A DNA stretch of 64,000 bases from Eledone cirrhosa (GCA_964016885.1 OZ024742.1:40052001-40116000); one strand, 5' to 3'. Shown: positions 12,786 to 26,870, numbered from the stretch's first letter. Numbers and translations are program-made. The notes: generated by a model from the letters alone, not told the origin.

Positions 12786-13779
12786 ATTTTCCTTGTCTTT
12801 AGTAAAATAAATAAATAGATAAACCTATCCCTAGCCTCAATGATTTTTGATGTAAGGGAAACTACTGCGTGCCTTTGTATATATATTTTTTAGTTATTTC
12901 TAAGGGAGACAACTAACTAAGCCCTATTGAAATGAAAACAAAACCAACACTTTTTGTTTTTTGTTACATCATAATACACATATTCTTTGTTCAGTTAAAA
13001 TCATATAAATTTTATGTATGTATATATGTATGTATGTATGCATGTATGTATGTAACTATGTATGTGTGTGTGTGTGTGTGTGTATGTATGCATGTATGTA
13101 TAAATGTAATATATGTACGTGTGTGCGTTTGTGTGTATGTATGTATGTAATATATGTATGTGTGTGTGTTTGTATGAATGTATGTATGTAATATATGTAT
13201 GTGTGTGTGTTTGTGTGTATGTATGCATGTATGTAATATATGTGTGTGTATGTATGTATGTATGTATGTATGTATGTATGTATGTATGTATGTATGTATG
13301 TATGTATGTAGTGGCCAACTGTACTAGCCGGAACTAGCTAATGAACGATAATCACGTTCTTTTATTCACTCGTTCTCCCTCTCTGACGTACGAGACGTCA
13401 GGTAGATTGTTGCCTCATGATCCCAGCAGGCGTAACTGAAAAGGCTTTATCACGGAGCAGAGCAATAGAGATTCATTTAAAGGACAATTACAAGTGGCAG
13501 GCCTACATACGGCAAATGTATAGAAGGGAATGGACAGTCGATCAAATCAATTAGAGTATATAAATGGCGGTGATTTAATAATCTCCGTTTAGAAAATCGG
13601 TAATTGTATCCTGTACGTTCGTAAATATAGGATTTCTTGTAATGTTTTTTTTTTTTTATCATATATAATGTTTTTTTTAATGTAAAATAAAATTAATATT
13701 AGATTCTCCAGCTGCTGTACCAATATGAATCACTTACAATAAAATTTTGCCCGAGATAGATGAGCAAAATTTAATAAGC

Positions 13780-13847
<68 letters not shown>

Positions 13848-13853
13848 CGTGTG

Positions 13854-13953
<100 letters not shown>

Positions 13954-14093
13954 TGTCTGTGTGTTTGGAATAAAACTTGGGTGGGGGTGTTGGAAAAAAA
14001 TCTGAAAAATTAATAAGCGTGGGGTGGGTAACGATTATTCAAGCCCTGAGAGAACGTTACAAGCAATGATTTTACTGATTGTATGCTATAAAC

Positions 14094-14245
14094 ATCATCA
14101 TCATCGTTTAACGTCTATCTTCCACGCTAGCATGGGTTAGACGGGAGTTGTCCCACTTGAGGCAAGATTTGTCGGGTGACCGTGTCTCGCTCGTATAGGA
14201 CTATCTGGCAGGTTTTATACGGCTGGATGCCCTTCCTAACACCAA
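14094..14245 (-). mobile_element. RTE LINE 3' UTR fragment
   Basis: (CAT)n tail plus CTTCCACGCTAGCATGGGTTAGACGG, matching the 3' UTR at 61195-61505. Confidence 0.65.
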
Positions 14246-14482
14246 AACCTGTTTTAAATCCTACTCAGATTTGGCCTCAAAATATTTAGCACCCTAGGTT
14301 AGCTCTACAATGTGCGTGTCTCTTTCTTTCCCAATTATGCACCTCACCCTCCCAAATGTTTTCAATTTACAGTTTGTTAAGTTGACGAACCTATTTTTGA
14401 CACTTCTTGCTCTGACCACACCGAGAAGATTACTAAGCCTACATATTCTACTACACAGTTATACCACACTATATCATGTGAC

Positions 14483-14767
14483 CAGTACCGGATTTAGGAC
14501 GAATGAGGCCCTGTGCTAGTTAAGTTACGAGGTCCCTTACTTGGCACGAACATACCCTCCCCCCGACAACGGGGCCCTGTGTTTAAGCACACTTAAATAT
14601 CCCCCACCACCACCCGGCCAACGGGACCCTGTGTTTAAGCACTCCTAAATATCCACCCCACTACCCCAACGGGGCCCTGTGTCTAAGCACGCCTAAATAC
14701 CCCCCATCCCCAGCCAACGGGGCCCTGTGTCTAAGTACACCTAAGAACAATAGTAAATCCGGCACTG
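14483..14767. mobile_element. hAT-type MITE
   Basis: TIRs CAGTACCGGATTTA / TAAATCCGGCACTG, 8-bp TSD CATGTGAC (14475-14482 and 14768-14775), four internal AACGGG(G/A)CCCTGTGT repeats. Confidence 0.85.
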
Positions 14768-15259
14768 CATGTGACAGGACCATCTCCATGGCTTTGGGTA
14801 TTTCCACAGCGGCGCATAGATGGATTTATTGATCACAGAAGGTTCAAGTATATTTAATATAATCGTACAAATTTGTATAAAACTTCAAGCTTCTCTCAAT
14901 CTACAATCTAACACATATATATGTATGCATGTATATTTATATAAATGATTGCTTATTCATCCCTCTCTCCCTTTCTCTTCCCCCCCCTCTCTCTCTATAT
15001 ATATATATACACAGTCACAGATACATACACACGTATATATACATACATTCATACGTATACATACACATATATATATATACATATATGTATGTATATGTGT
15101 ATGTGATGGTATATATATATATATATATGTGTGTGTGTATATATATATATACACCCTATACACACATATATATATATATACATACTTTCATACATATGCA
15201 TACATATATATATATATATATACATACATATACATATGTGTGTGTGTATGTGTATGTGA

Positions 15260-15302
<43 letters not shown>

Positions 15303-15315
15303 GATATATATATAT

Positions 15316-15360
<45 letters not shown>

Positions 15361-15714
15361 GATATATATATATATATGCACATATATATATATATATATA
15401 TAATATGATATATATATATACACACATATATATATATACATTTAGAAACACGCATATCCATTTTTGATGAGGAAGATAATTAAGGAAATGACAAATACAG
15501 ACCGAGGTATTGGTAGAGAGAGAGGGAGAGAGAGGGGAGAGAGGGAGAGAGAGGGGGAGAGAGAGAGAGGGAGAGAGAGTGAGAGGGTGAGAAAGAACGT
15601 GTACGCACGAGTGAAGCACAGACTTACAGACGCACAGACTTACAGTCAAACGTATACATACACACCCAGACTGATACACATACAGATAGAGACACACACA
15701 CACACACATATATA

Positions 15715-15747
<33 letters not shown>

Positions 15748-15899
15748 TATGTCTCTCTCTCTCTCTATATATATATATATGTCTCTCTCTCTATATATAC
15801 AGATATACAGACACACACTCGTATGTCTTAGATTTCTTTGAATTAAACTGAAAAATATTTTTATAGATTTTCTTGTGACAATTCATCAATAATAAAATT

Positions 15900-16072
15900 G
15901 TTACTACTTTTGGCACAAGGCCAGCAACTACTGGTACTTTATTTTATCGATCCCGTAAGGATGAAAGGCAAAGTTAACCTCGGCGGGATTTGAACTCAGA
16001 TCATAAAGGGACGTAACTCTATGCTTCAAAACATGGTGTCCGATCCTCTACCGATACTGCCAATCCACCGCC
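15900..16072 (-). mobile_element. tRNA-derived SINE (family A)
   Basis: Reverse complement of the 10597 unit. Confidence 0.8.
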
Positions 16073-16832
16073 ATTCAATTCATCAATAATATAATGTGTA
16101 ACAATTTCATTAATAACTTGTGTTTGAATGAATTCTCTACGTTAAACTTGTAAGCCTCCGCACACATGCGCAGTAAGGTCATGACGCTCCGAGTCATTGA
16201 ACAAGACACTTTATTTCGCGCTTCTCCAATCTACTCAGCAGACAAAAATGAGTTGCACCTGTAATTTAAAGGACCAGCTTAGTCGTACACTATGTGTCAC
16301 TGAATCTTCCTGAGGATTTCACACACCATAGCTTCGGATCGACTCAAGCTTTGAGAGTGTAATTTGGCAGACGGAGACTGTTTGTGAGCCTGTCGACTGG
16401 ATTGTACCTGTAATTCAACTGGCCAGTCATGTTACACACTGTGTCACGTTGAATCTCCGTGTGAACTATGTTGAGGGTACACGTGTCTGGAAGATTTAGC
16501 GTGACACAGTGTGTGATTTCAAGATCAGGCTGTTTCGCTGATCAAATAACCGGAACACTCGTTGTAGCAACCGACGGAGGTCCAATAACATATACAAACA
16601 CCTATGTCTGTGTTTAATGGAATGAAACCATATAGGTTTCGACAATGAGTGTTCCAGCTGTTTGATCTACGACACAACCTGCTCATGAAATTAATGTTTA
16701 AATGTTGGGTCCTACAATCAGTCTTACAAAAACCAAACTTCAAGGTTCTCTCAATCTAACACAAACATATATATATGTATGCATGTATATATTTGTATAA
16801 ATGATTGCTTATTCCCCCCCCCCCTCTCTCTC

Positions 16833-16909
<77 letters not shown>

Positions 16910-16910
<1 letters not shown>

Positions 16911-17490
16911 CCGTAGAACCATATACCCAACCTTCTATCACTGTTCTTGGGTTCATGGATCAAGGTTGGTGGTAGTTGATATATTTGTCTACCTGGGCAG
17001 CACACTATCAAGAGATGGCTACTTAGATGCTGAAATACATCTGTGTACCCGGAAAGCCTCCTTTGCTTTCGATAAATTGGCTGATCACGATATTACCATG
17101 AACACCGAGGTGTGTGTGTATAGAACGTATGTTTGAACTATTATTTTATACTTCTTCGAAACCTGAACTTTATAGCGCAAACATATCAAATTGCTTGAGC
17201 GTTTTCAGCAGAAATGTCTAAGACATATTCAACATCAGGTGGCAATACAGAACTCCTGACATTGATGTCCTTGTCAGAAAGGAATGTCAAAGTATTGAGT
17301 CTCTAGTAACATTTTCTCAAATTGTTTGGACAGGACACATCATCCGCATGGAAGCAAATAGAACTCCAAAGCAACTATTCGGTGAGCTGCAACTCGGGAC
17401 CGTCCTCAACATCAACCGAAAAAAAAAAGTACAAAGAACAAGATCAGGAACAATATCAAAGAACTTGCCTTTGATATAGAAAATTACGAG
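16910..17490 (+). pseudogene. Degenerate RTE-like LINE ORF fragment
   Basis: FVYLGSTLSRDGYLDAEI...KASFAF, followed by frameshifted WTGHIIRM, typical of the RTE post-RT region. Confidence 0.7.
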
Positions 17491-18652
17491 GAGATATATA
17501 TGTATATATATATTTGCTTATCAGTATTTATGTTACCGGTGTAAATTGTTCTGTTCTGCTCTACTGTTTTCACCCTCTCTCCAAGTTAAACTTTAGCCAG
17601 TCGATAAATAGAGATCGATAAGATTATTACCAGCGTCTGTATCATGAACTTAAACATTTAGTAGATGGTGCTCTTGGGTGGGCGCACTTGAATAACTAAA
17701 TACTATAAAAGGACAAAAAAAAAGAACCCTTTTGATACATAAACTATCTGAAACCTCCGCTGGTTCTATGATACAAAACTGTTTTAAAGTGTTTATATTC
17801 ATTCAAAACCTTCCGCCATAATTTATGTAAGAATCTTTGTCAAGTTATGTTCGAAACGTTAGATTGACTATTTAATACTAAACCATACGAAGTCACTCCT
17901 AGATCTACGATACAAAGTGATAATTATATGAAAAGAATTTCCATCATAATTTTATGTAAGAACATTTCTTAAGCTATATTCCCAACACCAGCTTAATAAT
18001 GAAAGAATTACTTATATTAATTACTTTCTTCTAATTCCTGATTAATTTAAAATCGATTTGAACATTATAGGCGCAATATATTTCATGAGATATATGGCAA
18101 TGAAAGGGTTAAATCATTTATTTTCATGAGCAGCTCAACGCAATATGATTGGCAATTCTTTTCGAACAAATTCCTTATCTTTGTAAAAAAAAAAAAAAAA
18201 AGAAAAAAAAAAAGAGACGATATTGTTCCGAACGAGAGAACAGGCCGGAAAAGAGTACTCTAGTCACAACTATGCTTATGATGGAACAATTGGTCCATTA
18301 GTGAACGTAGTGCTATAACAATTTGTCACTTTGGTGCCGAAATCTACTTGAGCTAATTCAACTAGATTTCGCTGAATATGTGATTGGAATAGGTTTTGAA
18401 TTGCTACGATGAGGTGAGGGAGATGGCATTTGATTAAGTGATCGTTCCCAAAATCGATACTACACACACACACACACAGAGGTAAATACTCACACTCATT
18501 TCTTTGCCTGTCTCTCTGTCTCTCTACCACTCTCTCTTTACTGGTACTTGATTGATTGACTATGAAGAACGATGAATAGAAAAGTTGACCTCGGTGGAAT
18601 TTTAATTCAGAGTACAAAGTATGCTTTAGCGAATACTACAAGGCATTCTTCC

Positions 18653-18780
<128 letters not shown>

Positions 18781-18796
18781 CTGCATATATATATAT

Positions 18797-18907
<111 letters not shown>

Positions 18908-19332
18908 TATATATATGCATATATACATATATGTATATTATAAATAAGAGAGACGGTTTTATTCGTACATTTATTTACATTTTATTACATAATTCTATTA
19001 AGATGTCAGAATTGTTACATAATAAGCCTCTGGAATGTTCTCATCAGATAGCGTAAGATGTATTGTTCTATTTTTTTATATGTTACTGGTTTCTTGTGGT
19101 ATTTACATCGTTGACCAGTACACTTATAAATAGTATTGGTATTCTAGTAGTTATATATGTTGTGGGAGACTATATTGTTGCTGGCATCCTGTGACTGAAA
19201 GTAGGTTACGGTATGAAATTACTAGAAGGATCATTCTCCAGCTCCTATATTTTGTGGATTTGGCTTAAATGAACTACTAATTTGTTTTTTAATTTTTTAA
19301 CTTAATTCTACGTATTTATATTTTGATCCTAG

Positions 19333-19597
19333 GCATTAATCTCAAATCTGGTGGGACGGGCAAACGTCAATCTGGCAAAATGGGGATATTTAAAGGATGG
19401 GGACTTCGTGTGAGACTGCGGCATCGAACCACAGACTACGCAGCACCTCATGATATATTCTCCCTTCTGGAACACCCCTACACAGAATTGGACATGGCAG
19501 AGTTTAATGAGAAAGGACAGCTGTGTTCAGCTGTGGTGGAACCAAATCTAGCCAAGCTTTGCAGCTGACACTCTTGTGGGCACGATAAGAAAAAAGA
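19333..19597 (+). pseudogene. Vingi/Ingi-like LINE 3' end fragment
   Basis: An alternative frame reads VGRANVNLAKWGYLKDGDFV*DCGIEPQTTQHL (CxCG..QT..HL zinc-knuckle type); ends CACGATAAGAAAAAAG. Confidence 0.55.
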
Positions 19598-19603
19598 ATC
19601 TCA

Positions 19604-19889
<286 letters not shown>

Positions 19890-19991
19890 CTGTTTCTCGA
19901 CCGTTATATCGCGTGACTATCTCCCCCTCCGCCTTTTGGGATTCTTTCTCACGTCGTGTAGACGCGTTCTTGAGACTAGTAAAATGAGGTA

Positions 19992-20079
19992 TCCTCTTGA
20001 TAAGTCGGCAGACCTCGCAAGGACTCTATATCTTTGATATATTGTTTTTGTTTATGCCACGAAACTACGTAGTCGAGGA
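19992..20079 (+). ncRNA. Hammerhead with U3-A8 variant core and long stem II
   Basis: UCCUC UUGAUAA GUcGGCA...UGCCAC GAAA CUACGUAG UC^GAGGA; perfect 5-bp stem I and 10-nt palindrome ACUACGUAGU. Confidence 0.75.
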
Positions 20080-20316
20080 ATTTAGGAACAGTTTAGGTAT
20101 GATACATTTTATTACTAATTATATCTAAATGTTTCTTCTCTTTTCATAATGTATTTTTAACTCTGATACTGGTTCAGTCTGGTTCAAACTGAATTGGTCT
20201 GTCCCAGTCATTCATTGAGCAACATCGGTGAAGTTGGCACCCTTAACTCACAGTTGGGTGCGGATGCATTCATGTATATATGTGTGTGTCCGCATGTATC
20301 TGTGTGTTTCTAAATG

Positions 20317-20350
<34 letters not shown>

Positions 20351-20569
20351 AACATGGGAAGAAAGAGGAATACTGCGTGGTTGCACATGGGTTACATATT
20401 ATAAGATTAGTCCCTCATCAGTGATTTGCCAACCATCATTGGTATTTCATCGCATTAAAAATCAGATACCTCAGGTTGGTGCGAGCAATAACTAAAATAA
20501 GCTATTGGGACAAGTGAATCGCGTAAAGCGAGTGAGACAAGTAAACAACATAGAAGGAAATAGATAGAT

Positions 20570-21032
20570 TTCTTTATTTACCATAAAGGCATAAAAAGAA
20601 GGGACAAATACAAAGGGGGAGTTTACATATAATCGAGTAAAAAGGGTGTAACATGAAAATAATCGAAAATAACCTCAAAAGGGAGGGGACGTGATGGGGG
20701 TTGCACACACCCCCGAAAAAGTGTGCAATCCTTTGCCCGGGGAGCACATGGAGAAGGTGCTCCCCTCTCCTTTACTTCTTTACCTACAGGATGGTATACA
20801 GAGAAGGCCCATTTACACGAGCCATTCTCGCCACTATCACCCACCTTTCATAAAACTGCCTGTGGCCAAGCACCTCTCTCTCCATTCTTATCCTTCTTCC
20901 GAAGTGATATCGGAAGAAGTAGACCAGACTATGGCCAGAGAGGAAGTTGCCTGACCTCAGACCTTTCAATCGTGTCCACCAAACAACCTCTTTCAACATG
21001 GCTATTACGCACAGAAAAACCGCCTTTGCTTT
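20570..21032 (-). mobile_element. 5'-truncated L1/Tx1-like LINE (ORF2 C-terminus plus 3' UTR)
   Basis: KAVFLCVIAMLKEVVWWTRLKG...FYERW, then AATAAA; 22-bp flanking direct repeat ACATAGAAGGAAATAGATAGAT at 20548 and 21033. Confidence 0.7.
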
Positions 21033-21096
21033 ACATAGAAGGAAATAGATAGATAGATAAATATACACGGGTATGTATGATTGTGTATAGAAGATT

Positions 21097-21232
21097 ATAT
21101 TAATAAGAGGAATTCCAACTTTGTCTGATTTACTCGTTTTATTTACAATCCTTTAAAATTTACAATGGTATTATAAATTTTAAAGGATTGTAAATAAAAC
21201 GAGTAAATCAGACAAAGTTGGAATTCCTCTTA

Positions 21233-21240
<8 letters not shown>
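21097..21240. repeat. Near-perfect palindrome with arms of about 65 bp
   Basis: TAATAAGAGGAATTCCAACTTTGTCTG... is mirrored by ...CAGACAAAGTTGGAATTCCTCTTATTA. Confidence 0.9.
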
Positions 21241-21291
<51 letters not shown>

Positions 21292-21437
21292 ATACTTTAG
21301 GAGGGTCATGTTGCCAATAAGAAACACACGCACCAGTTACTTTCACTTCAATTTATTATAATAAATTTATAAATTTAGGAATTTATAAATTTCCGGTTGG
21401 TTGGTTGGTTCCACAACCAGATGGTTGTTTATATATT

Positions 21438-21480
21438 GTCAAAGTTCTTTCGTCACACATTCTGTGACCTCTTCAGTGAC
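21438..21480 (-). ncRNA. Minimal hammerhead in direct repeat copy 1 (21285-21670)
   Basis: GUCA CUGAAGA gGUCACA gaaug UGUGAC GAAA GAAC UU^UGAC. Confidence 0.75.
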
Positions 21481-22104
21481 TGGGGATTCTTTTCTTTGTT
21501 TTGTGCCTCTCCTTTGTTCTGTCCTACGCCATCTTGTTTCTGTGTGTGTGTTGTGTGCTCAGTCTGCGTATGTGCCACATCCGGGTGTCTGTGTGTGTTT
21601 ATATTCGTTTATTTATTTGTTTATTTACATGTTACTGGTTGGTTGTTTGTTCTATGTGCGTGTGTGTTTTCATTTTGTCCTTAATTGTAAGTTGTGATGT
21701 TGCTGTTCCACTCATGACTGGAAAATTTCTTTTTTAATTTTTTACTTTTTTAACTTTTTACCTTTTTACTTTTTATCTCTTTATATTATCTTCCTTTTAT
21801 TTTTTTTTTTTTTTTATTATTTTATTATTTTATTATTTTATTATTTTATTATTTTATTATTTTATTATCATTTTTTATTATGTTTTAACCATTGCCTTTA
21901 TATTTTGCTTTTGCTTTTGTGTGCCATCAATTATATCTGCATCTTGTGGAATCCGCTTGTGCCCTAGCATTTAGCTGTGGTGTTTAACAACCCCAACATG
22001 AATCCCCTCCTTGTTCGCCATCTCCGATCTCCCTATCTTTACCCTCTTTTGCATTCCGATTGTTCGCGTGACTAGGCTCTGTAGAGCTTATACTCAGCAC
22101 TGTG

Positions 22105-22164
22105 TTTATTAAGCTCTGAGGATTCATACCAAACGGTATGGATGAAACATTGTAAGCAAATAAA
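22105..22164 (+). ncRNA. Minimal hammerhead
   Basis: GCU CUGAGGA UUCAUACC aaac GGUAUGGA u GAAA CAUUG UA^AGC, with further UUUAUU/AAUAAA pairing. Confidence 0.75.
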
Positions 22165-22227
22165 AACTGTTTGAGTATGTAAGCGTTCTTTGGTTTCTTC
22201 TAAATATATATATATATATATATATAT

Positions 22228-22304
<77 letters not shown>

Positions 22305-22693
22305 ACATATTGACATGTAACTACTCATACATCATCCTCATCATTATACTTTAACATCCTTTTCCCTAGCGAATAAGGGTTTGATGGGTCGTCACATACC
22401 AAATCAGTACTTGATACTTACCTCTCAGATGAGTCCGGAGCTGCATCTCGCTTAAATAATTCTGCGAACTCTACAGAGATAAATGGGTGCATATTATTGT
22501 GTCAACAAAACAAGGGATGTCTTTGTCCCAAGTGAGGAGTCATCTTGAACCTTCATTTGACATGTGTCTGTACAGATATGCTCAAAGAGAAATAGAAAAT
22601 AGTCAGAGCGAGTGATACATCGATCAATAGAATTTTAGATGGAAAGGCAATTAAGGATGATGTAGGCGTGTGTGCGAATGAGTGTGTGCGAAT

Positions 22694-22729
<36 letters not shown>

Positions 22730-22885
22730 CTGTGTGCGCGCGCGCGTGTGTGTGTGTGTGTGTAAAGAAGGGTTAGAGAAATGTATCTGTGTATATGTAA
22801 ACAGGCATGAATATATGTGTGTATATATATGTACACATATACACATATATATGTGTAAATGTATATAAGTATATATATATATACG

Positions 22886-22941
<56 letters not shown>

Positions 22942-23089
22942 ATACTTTGGGAGGGTCATGTTGCCAATAAGAAACACACGCACCAGTTGCTTTCACTTCA
23001 ATTTATTATAAATTAAATTTATAAATTTAGGAATTTATAAATTTCCGGTTGGTTGGTTGGTTCCACAACCAGATGATTGTTCATATATT

Positions 23090-23132
23090 GTCAAAGTTCT
23101 TTCGTCACACATTCGGTGACCTCTTCAGTGAC
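23090..23132 (-). ncRNA. Minimal hammerhead in direct repeat copy 2 (22935-23320)
   Basis: Same as 21438-21480 with one stem II change; this copy carries an inverted tail duplication at about 23320-23395. Confidence 0.75.
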
Positions 23133-23529
23133 TGGGGATTCTTTTCTTTGTTTTTGTGTCTCTCCTTTGTTCTGTCCTTCGCCATCTTGTTTTTGTGTGT
23201 GTTGTGTGCTTAGTTTGCGCATGTGTTACATCCGGGTGTCTGTGTGTGTTTATATTTGTTTATTTATTTGTTTATTTACATGTTACTGGTTGGTTGTTTG
23301 TTCTATGTGTGTGTGTGTTTATAATAAATTGAAGTGAAAGCAACTGGTGCGTGTGTTTCTTATTGGCAACATGACCCTCCCAAAGTATAACAATATTCGT
23401 TTCAACACACGTTTTCAGATAAAGAATCTAAACAAATTCAGAAACGAAATATATATATATATATTTACATATATATATATATATATGTATACATATATAT
23501 TTACATATATATGTGTATATGTATTTAAG

Positions 23530-23561
<32 letters not shown>

Positions 23562-23566
23562 TGTGC

Positions 23567-23634
<68 letters not shown>

Positions 23635-23824
23635 GTGTGTGTCTGTGAGAGAGATTGGTTTCTGTGTGGGAGTATGATAGCGTAATCTATAATTAAAGAA
23701 ATGTTTATACACAAATAGATCCAATTATTTCATGGCGAAATCTCAAAGAGAAGAATTCAGTAGAGCCTTCATCCATTTCCAGTTAACAACCATATTATTG
23801 ACCCAAACGATACACTCAAATAGG

Positions 23825-23919
<95 letters not shown>

Positions 23920-23957
23920 ACATACACACACGCACACTTACACACACGCACACTTAC

Positions 23958-23997
<40 letters not shown>

Positions 23998-24041
23998 ACA
24001 CTTACACGCGCACGCACACACACACACACACACACCCACCC

Positions 24042-24074
<33 letters not shown>

Positions 24075-24309
24075 TGCTGACGCAATTGCACACATTTTCT
24101 GACGCACTCACACACCTACTGAGGCACTCGCACAATCACATATACATACAGTCATACATACATATTTACACATTTGTAAGCATATATTTACAATAGTATA
24201 TTTAGATATAAATGTGCATGTATACGCGTAAATGCGCTCCGTATGCATACACCGATATGTAGATGGATAAATACGCACTTCTCTATGAATATATCTTATA
24301 TACATATAT

Positions 24310-24413
<104 letters not shown>

Positions 24414-24432
24414 TATATATATATATATACAC

Positions 24433-24665
<233 letters not shown>

Positions 24666-24680
24666 TAAATAACCCTTCTA

Positions 24681-24719
<39 letters not shown>

Positions 24720-24722
<3 letters not shown>

Positions 24723-25010
24723 TAGAAGGGATATTTAATTTGTTGGAAATCCAACAAATATAAATGTTTATAACTGATTCAGAGCACTCGACAGTTTTCT
24801 GGAGTAAATATTCAATGATATTAAATAAATGAAAACTACCCAGGGAATATTCAACTGATAAGGTATGATTATCCTTGGGTATGTCAAAATTTATGAAACA
24901 CTCTTTGTATTTTACCTTATGAAAGCGTACCAAAGTTTTTTGGTACCCTTGAAATATATATAATGGAATAAATATGGTTTTATAAATATAGTTTCTATTT
25001 ATTTAATATC

Positions 25011-25015
<5 letters not shown>
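24720..25015 (+). mobile_element. Penelope pLTR-derived fragment with mutated hammerhead (24908-24970) and inverted tail
   Basis: CUUAUGA AAGcGUACCAAA...UUUGGUACcCUU GAAA UAUAUA UA^AUGGAAUA; homologous to the 3' end at 31395-31530. Confidence 0.65.
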
Positions 25016-25061
<46 letters not shown>

Positions 25062-25066
<5 letters not shown>

Positions 25067-25257
25067 AACGAGTAGGACCCCGACGGCTGAGCTCAAGCCG
25101 TTTCGACGGCTAATTCTGGACTAGGATTAGCCGTCGAAACGGCTTGAGCTCAGCCGTCGGGGTCCTACTCGTTCCTATTACCCACTCTACTACTCTAAGT
25201 ATTGAGTACGTTGGTGCGTTATGGTCCACCTGGTTCCTTACCACATTTTCTTCGTTA
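25062..25257 (+). mobile_element. Fold-back half-hammerhead element (CCGTCGAAACGGC family, copy 3)
   Basis: ATAGGAACGAGTAGGACCCCGACGGC... mirrored as ...GCCGTCGGGGTCCTACTCGTTCCTAT; TA tracts on both sides. Confidence 0.75.
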
Positions 25258-25259
25258 TA

Positions 25260-25327
<68 letters not shown>

Positions 25328-25328
25328 C

Positions 25329-25361
<33 letters not shown>

Positions 25362-25375
25362 TGCACACACACACA

Positions 25376-25477
<102 letters not shown>

Positions 25478-25512
25478 TATATATATATATATGTACATAT
25501 ATATACACAATA

Positions 25513-25650
25513 GGCGGCGAATTGGAGTCGTTAGAACGTCTGATAGAATGCTCTGTAGTATTCATTTCGGCTCTCATGCCGCCGAGGTCAACTTTGCCTT
25601 TTATCTTTTCGAGGTCGATAAAAAACTACCAGTCAATTACTGGGTTCGAT
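25513..25650 (+). mobile_element. Degenerate family A-like SINE
   Basis: GGCGGCGAATTGG head and GCCGAGGTCAACTTTGCCTTT body. Confidence 0.6.
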
Positions 25651-25913
25651 TCTTCCTCTATATCTCTTTCTCACTTCCATTTTCTCCCTCTCTCTATTCT
25701 TCTCTGGAAGAAATCGCCTGTATTCAGATCTGGAGGGGAGATGGACTCCGCCATGTTTAAAAAATGCCTTTGAAACGGCGTATGTCAATATGGCGCCGCC
25801 ACGATTCCTGAGGAGTTACGGGTCCATACCATACCATATGTATATACACAAACATACACACACATATATATATATATATACATACACACATATATATATA
25901 TATATATATACAC

Positions 25914-25980
<67 letters not shown>

Positions 25981-25993
25981 TATATATATACAT

Positions 25994-26070
<77 letters not shown>

Positions 26071-26095
26071 TACATATATATATACACATATATAC

Positions 26096-26176
<81 letters not shown>

Positions 26177-26287
26177 TATATATATTTATATATACATATA
26201 TATATACATACACATATATATATATATATATATACACATATATATATATACATATATATACATATATACATATATATATATACATAT

Positions 26288-26335
<48 letters not shown>

Positions 26336-26374
26336 GATATTAATAAATGGAAGCTAACTTTATAAAACCATATT

Positions 26375-26439
26375 TATTTCATTATACATATTTCAGGGAT
26401 ACCAAATTAAATTATGGTATGCCTTCATCAGACAAAATA
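26375..26439 (-). ncRNA. Minimal hammerhead (left arm)
   Basis: Reverse complement of 26596-26660. Confidence 0.85.
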
Positions 26440-26595
26440 CAATATATAACAGTTTTACAAATAAGCTTTGACGTACCCTTTTAAAATGCAACCATTATTT
26501 TTGGAGGCCATCTGGATAGCCAGATGGCCTCCAAAAATAATGGTTGCATTTTAAAAGGGTACGTCAAAGCTTATTTGTAAAACTGTTATATATTG

Positions 26596-26660
26596 TATTT
26601 TGTCTGATGAAGGCATACCATAATTTAATTTGGTATCCCTGAAATATGTATAATGAAATA
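26596..26660 (+). ncRNA. Minimal hammerhead (right arm)
   Basis: UAUUUUGU CUGAUGA AGGcAUACCA...UGGUAUcCCU GAAA UAUGUA UA^AUGAAAUA. Confidence 0.85.
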
Positions 26661-26819
26661 AATATGGTTTTATAAAGTTAGCTTCCATTTATTAATATCG
26701 TATATCTACTCCAAATACTTGTTGAGTGCTTTATTTCAGTTATAAAAATATTTACTTGTTGTATCCTAACAATTTTAAATAGAACTTTTGCATATATATA
26801 TATATATATACTTATATAC

Positions 26820-26870
<51 letters not shown>

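Larger units (their letters stand above)
26330..26790. mobile_element. Perfect fold-back element (26330-26705) with a hammerhead on each arm, plus tail
   Basis: Exact palindrome centred on CTGG-ATAG-CCAG (about 26517), between TA tracts. Confidence 0.85.

Noticed and set aside
18985-19055. CUGAUGA...GAAU UAUG UA AUAAAAUG on the minus strand
   Set aside because: Probably an old relic, but GAAA is mutated and stems are too decayed to count.
19323-19568. 81-aa ORF as a possible host exon
   Set aside because: Another frame matches a LINE C-terminal zinc-knuckle region and ends in a LINE-like tail.
20410-20445. Possible permuted hammerhead GAAAUACC...UGGUU GGCA AAUCA CUGAUGA (also 42455-42495)
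   Set aside because: No valid UH cleavage triplet and no stem II pairing.
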